A stretch of DNA of 63,997 nucleotides, counting the filler, from Sphacelaria rigidula (taxonomy: Eukaryota): assembly GCA_964200075.2 (NCBI GenBank). It is 4 parts of 4 records of this genome, joined end to end, with 100 filler letters (N's around TTAATTAATTAA, not from the genome) between each part and the next. Parts side by side here need not be neighbours in the genome. Positions count along the whole stretch, not along the records: positions 32,269 to 48,293 come from CAXNAA020001512.1; positions 48,394 to 63,997 come from CAXNAA020001676.1; 2 more parts are not named here. One strand, given 5' to 3'. Under the pieces are notes generated by a model. It worked only from the letters and a program-made list of their open reading frames with translations, did not search any database and was not told the origin of the DNA. Below, piece after piece: positions 39,673 through 51,212 of this stretch. Within the stretch, counting starts at the first letter, position 1. Each line of letters opens with the position of its first letter. The position numbers were made by a program, and so were the translations under genes.

Positions 39673-40780
39673 CTCCGTTGCTCGAGAGCCTGCCGTGGGA
39701 ATCGTCCACTGCTGCTGATGCTGACCCCCCGAGGCAACGACCGCTATCCATGGGTGCATTGGGAGTCGGAGGTGGGTCCACGTCAAGACAAACGGACAAT
39801 GGAACAGCTAGCAATGTCCTCGATACGGAGAGCAGCAGCACTTCACGGCGATTAGTTCCTGCGATGGCTAGCACCAACACTGCCGCCAGCGCCGGCGGTA
39901 ACATTGCAGATATAGCGGAGCCCCAAACCTTGGACGGTGGGAATAGAGACATAGTGTCTGCGGCGGACAGTGGAATTCCTGGGCCATGGGTAAAACTGCA
40001 GTCTCTGAGCGGGGAGACGGGGGTGTCTTCCAGGAGGGAGAGATATGGTTCGCGTCAAGAGTCGGTGCTGATGCCAGCAGCAGGCGAACCAGAACTGAAC
40101 ACGCGGCGAGATCAGCAACGGTCGGTTTCGGGCGCAAATATAATTAGAAACAACCAGCAGCAACAACGGTCACGGGTGGAGGAGAGCAACGCGAGCGGTA
40201 GCGGCCGCAGCACCAGTACCACCGGCACCATCTTGTCCGCGCTGAGAAACGACGGCGACAACACGACAGCGGACGTACCCAAGGTTCAGCACCGGATTAC
40301 TGCTTCCGACGTTACCGTCGCTGCGGCTGTCGCCATCGTAGCCACTGATACACCTGCCGTTTCCGCTGATGCTCCTCAACCCTCTTCAGGCCCCGGAGCA
40401 TCGAGCTCGACAAGAGTAGCAAACGAGCGGGAAGAGCAAGCCGCGAGCTCAAGCATTTCGACCAGCACTGCGACTGCTATTCCTGCGGGGACAGCGGCGA
40501 CGGGGGCGACGGGGAGTGCGCGGGGAGTAGCGACGGAGGGGAGTGAACAGCTGCAGCAACAGGCTACGAGGATGCCGGAGGCGATGCAACAGTCGGGTGA
40601 CGAGGGTGAAGGCAGGGACAAGTGGCGGTTTGGAAAATACAAATCGGGCGAGAGCAAAGTTGAGCGTGGCGAAAAAGTGTGGTGCCCTCGTGCGGCGCTG
40701 GCGAAAGCATGTCGGAGGGAGCCTAGACTCAACAAGGCGATCGAAGCGTTTCAGCGGAAGCATCCAGACGCCACACTCAT
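39673..40780 (+). CDS. Large internal exon, low-complexity Ser/Ala/Thr/Gln-rich, unknown function
   Basis: 388-codon ORF; pyrimidine tract plus AG at 39671-72; donor AT|GTGAGT at 40781; ordered-looking end WRFGKYK...VWCPRAALAKACRREPRLNKAIEAFQRKHP. Partner exons not securely identified. Confidence 0.65.
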
Positions 40781-41769
40781 GTGAGTTTTCGGGTCTGCAC
40801 ACGTGCTATTTGTGCGTGCGGTTCGTGCGTGTTCTCACTCATGTTTTGTACTATAGAGATTTTTTGTTTCCTCCCACGCACAGTGTGGCTTCTGTGTGTT
40901 TTGTGCTCTCCGAGGTATGTCCTTCGATTTATTTTCTTCCTTCTTATGATAGCGTACGTCAGATAGCATGATGTTCGTGGCATATATATGTATATATATT
41001 TGCCGTACCTTCGACGCTGTTTTTTTCCTTAGTTTTCCACCTTTTTGACGTCTTCCGCTTCGAATGTTTCATCTCTTTGGGGGGCGATGTCGCCATCTTT
41101 TTGGAAGAATGTCGCCGGCTGCCTATTCAACGCGGCTACAGCCACCCCGACGGTCATACCTTAGCAGCTCCTCTTTTGTCTGTGAGCGCCACCCCTGATG
41201 ACGATATTCCGAAAATCCGTGGGACCCTAACCTCAAGGTTTTATGATGTTGTGACTGATAACGACGACATCGTTTTTCATGTACCTTCTTGTGTTCTTTT
41301 TCTACTAGCTGCTGACTCGAGCGCACCCCTCCCCCCGAGGTGGTGTGTATCGTCATGTGGTGCTCTTCCTGTTATGCCTAGTATATTCGTACGTAGAGCT
41401 GTCCCTCTAGAGGTACAAGGTTAGAACCCTGCGACTCGTATCGCTTTTGCTGGTGATCGTGGATCTCGAGTTTGGCTCCCTTCCTGTTTGGCCTCGCGTG
41501 TTTGAGTGGGCCAATGGGCCCTGCCTCCAGTAGCTGGAATGGTCGCATATGACATCGGAACTTAGAGGGCTAGCAGTAGTCCTTTTTCCGTCCTGTTTTT
41601 TCTTCTTTTTTAATATATATATACTTATATTTTTATTCATCTTGTAACGCGTCTGTGTGAATTGTGTCTGGGTCCGTTTTATTCTATTATTTCTCTTTTA
41701 CCCTGGCTCGGGGTAGTTAGCCTGTGACCAAGGAAGGCGTCTGATATCGGAACGGTTTTCATTGTGAAG

Positions 41770-41802
<33 letters not shown>

Positions 41803-42105
41803 GTGCGGGATCCCACCGTAGTGTGGGGTCCCACTGCAGTGCGGTCAGAATCGCTTGTCACTGGTTCGATCCGCTATACTAGCGTCAAGTGATTGCACTA
41901 CGAAATACCAGTATAGTGGGGAATTCCAGCATACTGCGGTCATGCCGGGCTGGCGACCCGTCTCACGCCGCTGGGACTCTCACTGTAGTTCCAGTGGGTG
42001 ATGTGGGGTTGATCCTAATAAATATTTTCCCCGCCCGAGAGGCTGAGGCTGCCTGTCGAAACGGGCGTTCGTCTACCCGTGTCAATCCCTACTGGTTATC
42101 CGGCA
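41770..42105 (-). mobile_element. Probable SINE or LINE 3' end with a terminal hairpin and (GTT)n tail
   Basis: (AAC)n at 41770-41802 is immediately adjacent to a hairpin GGGATCCCAC...GTGGGGTCCC. The 5' boundary is a guess. Confidence 0.45.
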
Positions 42106-43094
42106 CAGCTGCATATAATAGCAGAGGAAGGGATTGATAAAAATCGTTCTTGCACACGTACGATAGCTCGGAGGAAAACAGGACGTGATAGACTAGAACA
42201 GGTCAAATGTACCGGCGATAGTGTGTCGTTTTAGAACGCGTTGTAGAAGGATTTGCGCTGATACGGTGTCGATTTGTTTTCTCGGCGCAAGGAACACTCC
42301 CCGGATACCATATCTCGAGCATGGTGGGTGAGGGCAAATGGGGTTACTGAAACGACGAGAGATTCGCGGAGACTGCGGCGTATATCATGGACTGCTGTGA
42401 GGTGTCATACCCCGATCGGTAGCAAGCCCTTGAAGTGAATGGCTTGAATATAGACCACGCCAAATACCGACAGGATGGCTCGCACGTTCATAACATGTAC
42501 GTCAAGTGGAGAGGAGGGGGGGGGTGAGAGAGGATGGCAAGGTGCGTAAATGCCGGTGATATCGGAGTGCTCGGCGACTCACGCAACACCGATGTTGAAA
42601 GACAACGGGGGTGGATTGTAAACTCAAACCAGGTCAGTGGTAGCAGCAGCAGCAGCAGCAGCAGTATTCTCGCCTGAGGATGGGCCACCACCGCTCTACG
42701 AGCCGGCTGTATCTGCAGAGAGAGAGCCGTCTGGATGAGGAGCGGCAGCGCGGTCGAGGAGGCGGAAGGGCAGCGCTGACCCTGGAGACGCGAAGGGTTC
42801 GGAGGAACAGCCTGGGTATAAAGTGATCGATCGTGACAAGCCCGTCGTCGGGTGCGTGGGAGGATTCCATGCGACAAATGGCGTGGCAGGGAGGTCTGTG
42901 GGTGCTAAAGACGGCGTGATCGCCAGAGCAGACCCGCCCGGCGACGGGGAGGAAACCTTGACAACGTATTGAGCATCTCAACTTTGAAGCCGGCGCTGGA
43001 GCACTCCGTAGAGAATCGAGGGCGCAGTTCTCAACATGTCTCTAAATTCCTTCGGGCTGAAGTTGTGGTCTTATGAGCGCGCGCGCGCGGGGGA

Positions 43095-43830
43095 TGTACT
43101 CATGATCTTGCATGCCGTAGTCTTACGATCATTGACCTCGCACCCCTACAAGGACGGGACGCAGCACGCCGGGTTTTCGCCGGACCAGGCGAGCGCGCTC
43201 GCTCGCGGGGGGCTGGGGGGGCGTACTTATTTGTTGCTTGCCTTGGTCGTGTGACTATTAACCACGCATCCCATTAGAGACTGAGCATTGGGGGGAAGGG
43301 GTTGGCTCATGATCTTGCATTCCATAGTCACATGGCCATTGCCTTCATATCCCTACAAAGCCGCGACGGAGCACGCTGGATTCTCGCTAGACCAGGCTCG
43401 CCATCACCAAGCGCGAAGCGCCGTGATTTGTTCGGCGAGTCGCATGACGGGTGAGCTGCGTCCTGCTAAGATAAATCGACCAGAAGGGTACCGGTCATAT
43501 TACATGTGGTTCACAGCCTACAATGAGTTGCTTCATTTTCTACATCACCACTTCCAGAAACAGCCACGGTTTCCACACTGTCTCATGGGTGTCTCACCAC
43601 ATAGAATCTGCGTATACTGGCATCACCTTTGCCCAGAGGTCAAGTTCTCCACCCCGCACAATAATATCTAGGTCTACCACCATCATGGTTACCACAAGAG
43701 AGATGCCAACAAAGAAAAAAAAAGGTAAACTGGTTGCCTGGCTTGCGCAGTAAGTGGCGTGTCTTACAGCGTCGTTGCAAGCCGACGCCAACCCTTTCAC
43801 TCTTGATGGGGGAGATAGGTCCGCGCAGAA
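43095..43830 (+). repeat. G-tract-bounded repeat cluster (B-short, A, B-long)
   Basis: Modules start GTACTCAT, GTACTTAT or GGCTCAT after G-runs at about 43097, 43223 and 43304. Confidence 0.8.
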
Positions 43831-43949
43831 TACCTCCCCCTTCCCCCCCCCATGAGATCTGGTCAGGTGATCCAACCCACCGGCGATATGGCGAAATGTA
43901 GGATTTTCATTCGAGATCTCCTGCCATAAGTGTCGAAGCCCTAAATCTA

Positions 43950-44240
43950 CTGTATCATGTAGGATTTTGGCCCGTACTCCGCCGTAGATGTTCTTTCTTG
44001 CGGAAAGGCGGCGATCGAACCACGTGTGTTCTCCATAGCTGTTGTCCACGGACTGCGTCGCCTGTCCTTCTGTCAACGCCGCCAGACCTGACTCTGCTCT
44101 GCTCTGGCGGCGTTGATGGAGGGAGAGGCGAAGCATTGCATGGACAGCATCTATATAGGGAAAATATGTGGTTCGACCGTCACCTGTCTGTAAGACGAGA
44201 AGACCTACGGCAGAGTACGTGTCGAATCCTAGATGATGGA
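43950..44240. mobile_element. Foldback hairpin of about 290 bp
   Basis: Centre TCAACGCCGCCAGA...TCTGGCGGCGTTGA (44073-44116); imperfect pairing extends to ATCATGTAGGATT / AATCCTAGATGAT. Confidence 0.75.
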
Positions 44241-44584
44241 GTGCATGTAAGGCACTGATCACAAGAGTTTCTTATCACATTCCCATTGTTTGAACCTTGC
44301 GACTGCGAAACATTTAATTTGAGTCATCGCATGCCGCTGGGGACGTTTCGTGATTTGAGTTACAGGTACGGATGCCGCCGCAATATAGATCCGCCGAAAA
44401 CACGTCGCAGTCGAAATGTTGACCCACTTGATCGCTTGGCGAAGGAAGAGTATACACTCTGGTCCGACTTGTATGTCAATGCGTATTGCTTGGAGTGATG
44501 GGTTACTGGTGAAGAAAAGCAAAGATCCTCAAGTCTTCTTGGTGAAAGGATGGACCGTTCGACTCCCGACCTTGTCTCGGAGCA

Positions 44585-46082
44585 CCTTAGTCAATTGACG
44601 GTCTCACGGGAAAAGGGGGGAGGGTGGAGGGTACTCATGATCTGGCATACCGTAGCCATATGATCGTTGACCTCGCATCCCTATAAAGCCGGGACGGAGC
44701 ACGCCGAGTGTTCGCCGGACGAGGCTCGCAGTCAATCACCAAGCGCGAAGCATCGTGGTGTGTTCGGCGAGTCGCATGAAGGGTGAGCTGCACTGTGCCA
44801 AGATTGTTCGTTACGAAGCGTGCTGCGTATTTAGCTTATGGACGGCAGCCTCCAATGGGTTGCTTTTTTATTTTCTGGTATCCCCACTTCCAGAGACAGT
44901 CACGGCTTGTACACTGTCCCATGGGTGTCTCACCATGTAAACGTTACGTAGTACGATCATCCCCGTTGTGCGGAGTTGAGGTTCTCCCACGCCGCAGAAC
45001 ATGATCTAGCTGGACTACCATCATGGTTACCGCAAAAAAAAATGCAAGCGCACAAAAAGATTTGTAACCTGGTTGCCTAGCTTACGTAGTGTGCTAGGCT
45101 TGTCTTATAGCGTCATCGCCAACCGACGCCAACCCCATCGGGGGTCCGCCCCTACAAAGCCGGGATCGAGCACGCCGGGTTCTCGCCGGACCAGGGAAAG
45201 TGGGCGGGGGGGGGAGGGACGTACTCATTTGTTGCTTGCCTTAGTCGTGTGACCATTGACCACGCATCCCTTTCGAGACGGAGCACGGGAAAGGGGGGCG
45301 GGGAGGAGGAGGGTACTCATGATCATGCAGGCTATAGTCATGAGACCGTTGACCTCACATCTCCACGAAGCCGGGACAGAGCACGCCGGGTGTTCGCCGG
45401 ACGAGGCTCGCAGTCAATCGCGAAGCGCCGTGATGTGTGCGGCGAGTCGCACGAGGGGTGAGCTGCACTGTGCTAAGATTGTTCGGTACGAAGCGTGCTG
45501 ATTATCTCGTTTATGGACGGCAGCCTCCAATGGGTTGCTTCATTTCCTGGTATCACCATTCCCAGAAACAGCCACGGGTTCCACACTGTCTCATGGGTGT
45601 CTAACCCATTAGACAATACATGGCCGCTGCCGCCGCGCCTCGGTGGTGTAATGGTCCGACTGTCGCCATTAGGGTGGAGAGAACGGAGCTTCAATTCTCG
45701 ATGCGTTGTTTTTTTCCTCGTGGTGTAGGAAGCTCACCGTGGAAAGCGTGAGAACGTGAGTAGACAAAGTAGTCGACTAGGTTTGTTTGACGTGAGTTGA
45801 CGCGGTGCGGTAGTGCTGACCTAATGCGCGAGAGACCAAAATGAAAGGGGCCCCGGTAGATGGGCTGATCCCTTGAGACCACGGACTCATCCCGAGGAAG
45901 GGGAGGAGTTGAAAGTGTGAGAGGGGTAAAAAAAGCACGATTATCACCTTTGCGCAGAGTTCGGGTTCGCCATCCCGCACAATAATATCCAGCTCTAGCA
46001 CCATAATGGTTACCGCACAAAAAACGCATGCGACAGAAAAACCCGTTAGCCTCATTGCCTAGCTTACGCAGTGAGTGGCGTA
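44585..46082 (+). repeat. G-tract-bounded repeat cluster (B-long, A, B-long interrupted by a SINE)
   Basis: B-long 44631-45195, A 45222-45287, B-long from 45313 resuming at about 45935 after the SINE. Confidence 0.82.
45627..45928 (+). mobile_element. tRNA-derived SINE, family 1
   Basis: A box TGGTGTAATGG (45644-45654) and a degenerate B box GCTTCAATTCT; second copy at 49735-50039 (-). Confidence 0.78.
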
Positions 46083-47144
46083 GAAAGTAGTCGGGTACCC
46101 CAGTTTCTGGCAATAATATCACGATCGCCGGAAACCACACGCCGCTTTCGAGAGGGAACGAAATTTCACACACGTGTTCCTGGAGGTTGGAATGTCGGTC
46201 GGCCCAGTGGATTCGTTGGGGTCACAAGCCGCCGAGTGTAGCTGGGATCCGTAGAAACCAGTGAATCCGACTGGCATGCTAACCAAGGAGACATGCGACC
46301 TCGGGCTTAGCTCCAGAAACACGCAAAGGTCGTCTGGAAACTCTCAAAACCGGAGTGAGGTTTCTGCCAACAAAATTCATGTGCTGGTCTATGAATAAAC
46401 CTGTACCCCCCCCCCCCCCCCCCCCCCCCCCCCACCCCCCCCCCCCCCCCCCCCCGGCTANNNNAATGGTGTTTTGAAACCCTCAAACCCCGAGTGAGGT
46501 TTTCTCCCACACAACCCATGTGTGTGGTTTTGTAAAAACCCTTCCCCCCCCCCCCCCCCCCCTCCCCACAGATCCTGACAATCGCGTAGGGTTCGTTCGT
46601 TCGTGCAGCTTGTTGGTTTTGGTTAAATATTGATTTATTATGTGTCGCTGTTGCAGTCAGAAATGACTTGATGAGAGTGCAGGAAATGGTTCCGAAATTT
46701 ACCACCAATGAACATTGTAGTTACTTTCACTTTCGTTCTCAGACCCTGGTCCCGTAGAGGTGCAGAATATGCGGCGATATTTTGCTAGTTTTTGTAGTAG
46801 CTCTGGTACAGGCTGCTTGCTCACCTGACGCTTTGTTGGGGAAAACATGTTAGGTGTTATGCTATTACCGATGGTTTTGCGATATCGTAAAATGCTCTAA
46901 AAGGTAACGAAGTGTCTCTCAACCTTGAGAGTTCAGATGGGGTTTACATTTTTGTCGTAGATCTCCCACCCGCGACTGGGCAACGCGCCGTGATTAAAGC
47001 CGGCAGAGCCACGTTATCGGCGGGAAAAATTCTGATATGAGTTATATTCATATTTGGTTGCTTGCCCGAAACGAGTCGATATCTACGCTTTTTTTTGTTT
47101 TTCTTGTGTTGCAATTCATGTGAGCTCACACGTTCCACCTCAGG

Positions 47145-47467
47145 ATGGACAAAGGCAGGTACAGCATGAGGTCAAAGCTGAAGACGTTCACGTTCACTTT
47201 TGAAACGGAATAGTTGAAGAGGAAAACTTCCTCAGCAGATGGGAAAAAGTAGAAAACTGAAAATGCTCCATATTTACTTCTTTGTGTTTTCCGTTTTGGT
47301 CGGGTTCCCCCAACCCCCCGACCCTCCCTCCCTCTCCGCGTAGATACATCGGCTACGCTGGATCTCGCCTCTTCGGCACAAGCACGAGCGTATCCGACGT
47401 GGACCTGAAGGGCTTGTTCATCCCGAAGACGACCCCGGAAAACAAAGAACCGCGAAGAAACCTCAAG
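47145..47467 (+). CDS. 5' exons of a Pol-beta-superfamily nucleotidyltransferase, RlaP/YcgL (PF10127)-like; rest of the gene is off-contig
   Basis: Exon 47344-47467 (pyrimidine tract-TAG| ... AAG|GT) encodes YIGYAGSRLFGTSTSVSDVDLKGLFIP, the hGSxxxGxxxxxSDxDxKGhF signature. A phase-compatible start mini-exon 47145-47158 (ATG GAC AAA GGC AG|GT) gives MDKGR; this mini-exon is less certain. Confidence 0.7.
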
Positions 47468-47544
47468 GTGCCATAGGTGACGGTCTTTGCAGCCCCCCAC
47501 ACTGGTAACAAGTGTTTTTGGGGATCCGAAGATCTATCATCACC

Positions 47545-47800
47545 AAGGGTTGGTATTCAGAGAGGGGTGGTATACTGCGTACCCACAATACAGGACTCTA
47601 GATGATGACATGATGCCAAAAATAGTCAATAATTCGTGACCCAGGGTTGTTATTCAGAGAGGGGGTCGTATACCACGTATCCATAATACAATACAGTCTA
47701 TATGATGACATTATGCCACCAGTAACTGTACTTCATGACACGAGGGATTCTTATTCAAGGGGGTGATATACCGCGTATCCCCAATACAGGACTGTAGATG
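47545..47800. repeat. About 98-bp tandem repeat, 3 diverged units
   Basis: AGGG.T..TATTCA.AG.GGG.T..TATAC..CGTA.CC..AATACA at about 47546, 47643 and 47743. Confidence 0.7.
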
Positions 47801-48097
47801 TGTGATAATACGCGACAGCAGATCCCGAAGATTTCTGTGGTCTGGTCGCTATTGTCGCTGTTGCGGCAATTCTTTTACCCCCCCCCCCCCCCCCCCCCCC
47901 TCGAGGCCGGGGCGCCCGCCGCGGGCGGGGGGGGGGGGTCACGGGGGAAGGGGAGAGGAACGAGAGCACACAACCNNNNNNTACAGGACTGTAGATGTGT
48001 GATAATACGCGACAGCAGATCCCGAAGATTTCTGTGGTCTGGTCGCTTTTGTCGCTGTTGCGGCAATTTTTTTCCCCCCCCCCCCCCCCCCCTATGG

Positions 48098-48293
48098 TGA
48101 GCTCCGTCTCGAAAGGGATGCGTGGTCAATGGTCAAACGGCTAAGGCAAGCAACAAATGATTACGCCCCCCTCCCCCCCGTCACGTTAGACACCCATGAG
48201 GCAGTGTGAAGGCCGTGGCTGTCTCTGGAAGTAGCGATACCATAGAGAGGCAAGCAACTCATTGTTGGCTGTCATCCAAATGCAAGATAATCA
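48098..48293 (-). repeat. G-tract module A plus a B-core fragment at the contig end
   Basis: GCTCCGTCTCGAAAGGGATGCGTGGTCAATGGTC...GGCAAGCAACAAATGA followed by a C-run and core sequence. Confidence 0.78.
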
Positions 48294-48393
48294 NNNNNNN
48301 NNNNNNNNNNNNNNNNNNNNNNNNNNNNNNNNNNNNNTTAATTAATTAANNNNNNNNNNNNNNNNNNNNNNNNNNNNNNNNNNNNNNNNNNNN
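48294..48393. other. Artificial contig spacer
   Basis: 44 N + TTAATTAATTAA + 44 N. Confidence 0.97.
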
Positions 48394-48452
48394 TTGTTTC
48401 CTGTGTGCGCCGCCGCCCCGCCGGCCTCGTTGGTGGTGGTGTGTTGGGTGGT

Positions 48453-48484
<32 letters not shown>

Positions 48485-49734
48485 CTCGGATTACCTGTTA
48501 TGATAAGAGACACGACGCCTGGTTGGGAGGTCTGGGTCCGCCGGGTTGTTGCCACGCACATATCCATGTCATAGTCGACTCAACTAGTACAGCACAGAGT
48601 ATGGAGCCATCTCCGCGGAACACGGAGATATTTGCAAGTGTCGTGCTGTGTGTTCCAGAGGTCTCCGAAACTCCAACCCGCTTGCTCAACTATGGATATA
48701 CATAGAGAGAGAGGGTTTCTACACTTAACCCTTGGACCGCCAGGGTAGGTCAAATATCGCATGAACATCTGATTCATTGTAAAATGGAAAGTAATACCCA
48801 GATGACCAAATATGGCGGCCAAAGGGTCAACAACGACCTTTTCGCCAGATTGATTGTCCAGGGCATTCGATCAAGGGTTGAGGCCTCGAACAAACGAAAA
48901 TCCTCATCCATTTATCGACTGGTGTTTCTAGGGGGGGAATTCTTGGCCAACCCAGTCGAGGAGCGCATCAAATGCAAGCTCTTGGGCCGCTTCATATGGA
49001 AACGAAACGAAGTAAAAATCTGGAAAACTGCTTGTTTGTTTTGAGCTTTTGCGTCGTTTCACACGCCTAAATAGGGCTACTAATAGGCGAGTTTCAACAC
49101 CTTGAGATGTGAAATGCCTTGCTGTATTTTTCAAGTCGGTTCCAGGACACCCGTGGGTTTTCCTGGTGGCCGCAAATTGGTTTTTGGCCAAACCTCCAGT
49201 TTTCTCGGAGACCGGTGACGTCCAGAAAAACTTTGAAGGGGAGATATACGGATTTTGACACCTTGGAATGCCTTGCTGTACTTGTTGAGAATATTTCAGC
49301 ACACATGTGCGTTTTCCCGGTCGGCGCACTTATTTTTGGCCAGACATGCATTCTTCTCGGAGACCACTCATTTTCCTCGGAGACCGGTGAAGTCCATCTT
49401 GGTAGCCGTAATTGAGCGACACCCAAGTAGGACTGGATAAAGGTATCACGGTTCGGACGAATCATCGCCGGTTCGAATCATCAAATCCATGACTTTTCAG
49501 GGCTGCTTGTTCGAAAGAGAGAACAAAGTTGACCGCTGGTCACAGAGGTCTCCACGCAATTTTTGCGCCACACCACGTGGCTGGGCTGGGCGTACCTGGG
49601 TCGCAACGCCGACAACAAAGCCCAAGGATTAATGCGTACGGCACGAATCGAATACACTGAAATCAAGTAGTTTCCACACGAAGCACTAATCAGTCTGACT
49701 CTTGGAACGTATTATATATATATTTTTAATCATA

Positions 49735-50039
49735 TTATATTATTGATCTTCCTCGCACTTTGAACCCCTACCGTTCCTCGGAATGAGTCCGTGGTCTCAT
49801 GGGATCAACCTATCTCTCTCCCCCGGTACGTGCCTTACATTTTGGTCTCGCGGATTGGGACGGCACTCCCGCACCGCGTCAACTCACGTCACACAAATCC
49901 AGTCGACTACTTTATTTACTCCCGTTCTCACGCTTTCCGCGGTGGGAATCATACATTACCCAACGCATCGGGAATCGAACCCCCGTTCTCTCCACCCTCA
50001 TGGCGACACTCGGACCATTACACCACCGGGTCGCAGCGG
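49735..50039 (-). mobile_element. tRNA-derived SINE, family 1
   Basis: A box TGGTGTAATGG (50025-50015) and perfect B box GGTTCGATTCC (49981-49971); AT-rich tail. Confidence 0.8.
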
Positions 50040-51212
50040 TATTGCAAGGTTTGAAACAATTCTGGACTGTATATTAGATAGCACGCGAAGCACTTATACG
50101 GCAAGCGCGATTATCATCCTCCGCTGTCTGCTTCCTCGTGACCGAAACGTTCTTCTGTTTTTACCTCCAAGGTTTGCGCACAGTACCATAATACAAGTAT
50201 AACACATGTGGTGTACAACTAGTCAATATCTGTGCTCGACGGTTTACGTAACATACTCGTAATCGACAATTTTCGAAATTGTTTTCTTCTTTGTTCTCTC
50301 TTTATTTCCCCATATTCTTCCTCTATCATATGTGTTCTTTCCCGCGGGTGTGTGCCTGGGCAGTTTGGTGCTTCGCTTCCGTAGGACTCATATATCTAAT
50401 TATTTTTTGCAGATTTGATAGGTCTACCACATTTCTGTTCCAGGAAGGCTTCAACTCAAATTTATTGAAAGTGGCGCGCGGACAAAAACTATCAGAGACC
50501 AAAAAAAACTAGCACTGTCAATCGAAAACATGCGGTCGAAAGGCACGAAGCGGCACTTCACTCCCATCTCACAGACCACCGGGACAGATTACACCCGTTC
50601 ACAGAACTGTGCGAACTCCAGACAACCTTTTCTCAGCTGTCACCGCAACCCTGCGGCATAGAAAAAGAGTGAGCACAGGGATAGATACATTGCAGTGGTT
50701 GGGTATCCTCTGTTCATTCTCTGTTGGCGAAAACTTGAGCATCTTCTTGCATGGTGGGCATCGGTGAGGGAACTGCGTGGTGGGGTGGGCAACCGGCTCG
50801 CGTACACGCTCATGGACAGTGCAGGCAGTAAGTACGAAGCTGCACGCTGTACAAGTCTTTCTCACATCGCACTGTGAGCGGATAGAACAGATTGTCCCGC
50901 GCTGTCTGCACTGGACGTTGCCTGCTTCTCTTTCAAATCATTCTGGACGAAACACGCACGTACGCACACACACATACACACACGGACTGTACTGTACACA
51001 AGGGACCATGTACCGCTTCACGATTCTCGCTGCCTTTTTTCGATCGAAAGCTTGAAAATTCGCTTGGATTCAACTCGACAAAAACGAGCGAGTTTAGCTC
51101 AAAGCAGTTCCACCGCTCTTTTTTTTTCGACCGAAAAAAAAAATGTGACGACACGCCCCGAGAGGTTTCGTACCCCAAAATAATAAAGTCGTAATATAGT
51201 AGATGAGCCATA

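Noticed and set aside
44631-45195. Hammerhead ribozyme or retrozyme in the G-tract family
   Set aside because: CGAAA is present on the minus strand, but I found no CUGANGA core or matching stems on either strand.
46330-46570. Tandem duplications around poly-C and N runs (also 47784-48090)
   Set aside because: Both flank Ns and long homopolymers. The second copy here is error-ridden and the 47784-48090 copies are near-identical, so these are probably assembly artefacts.
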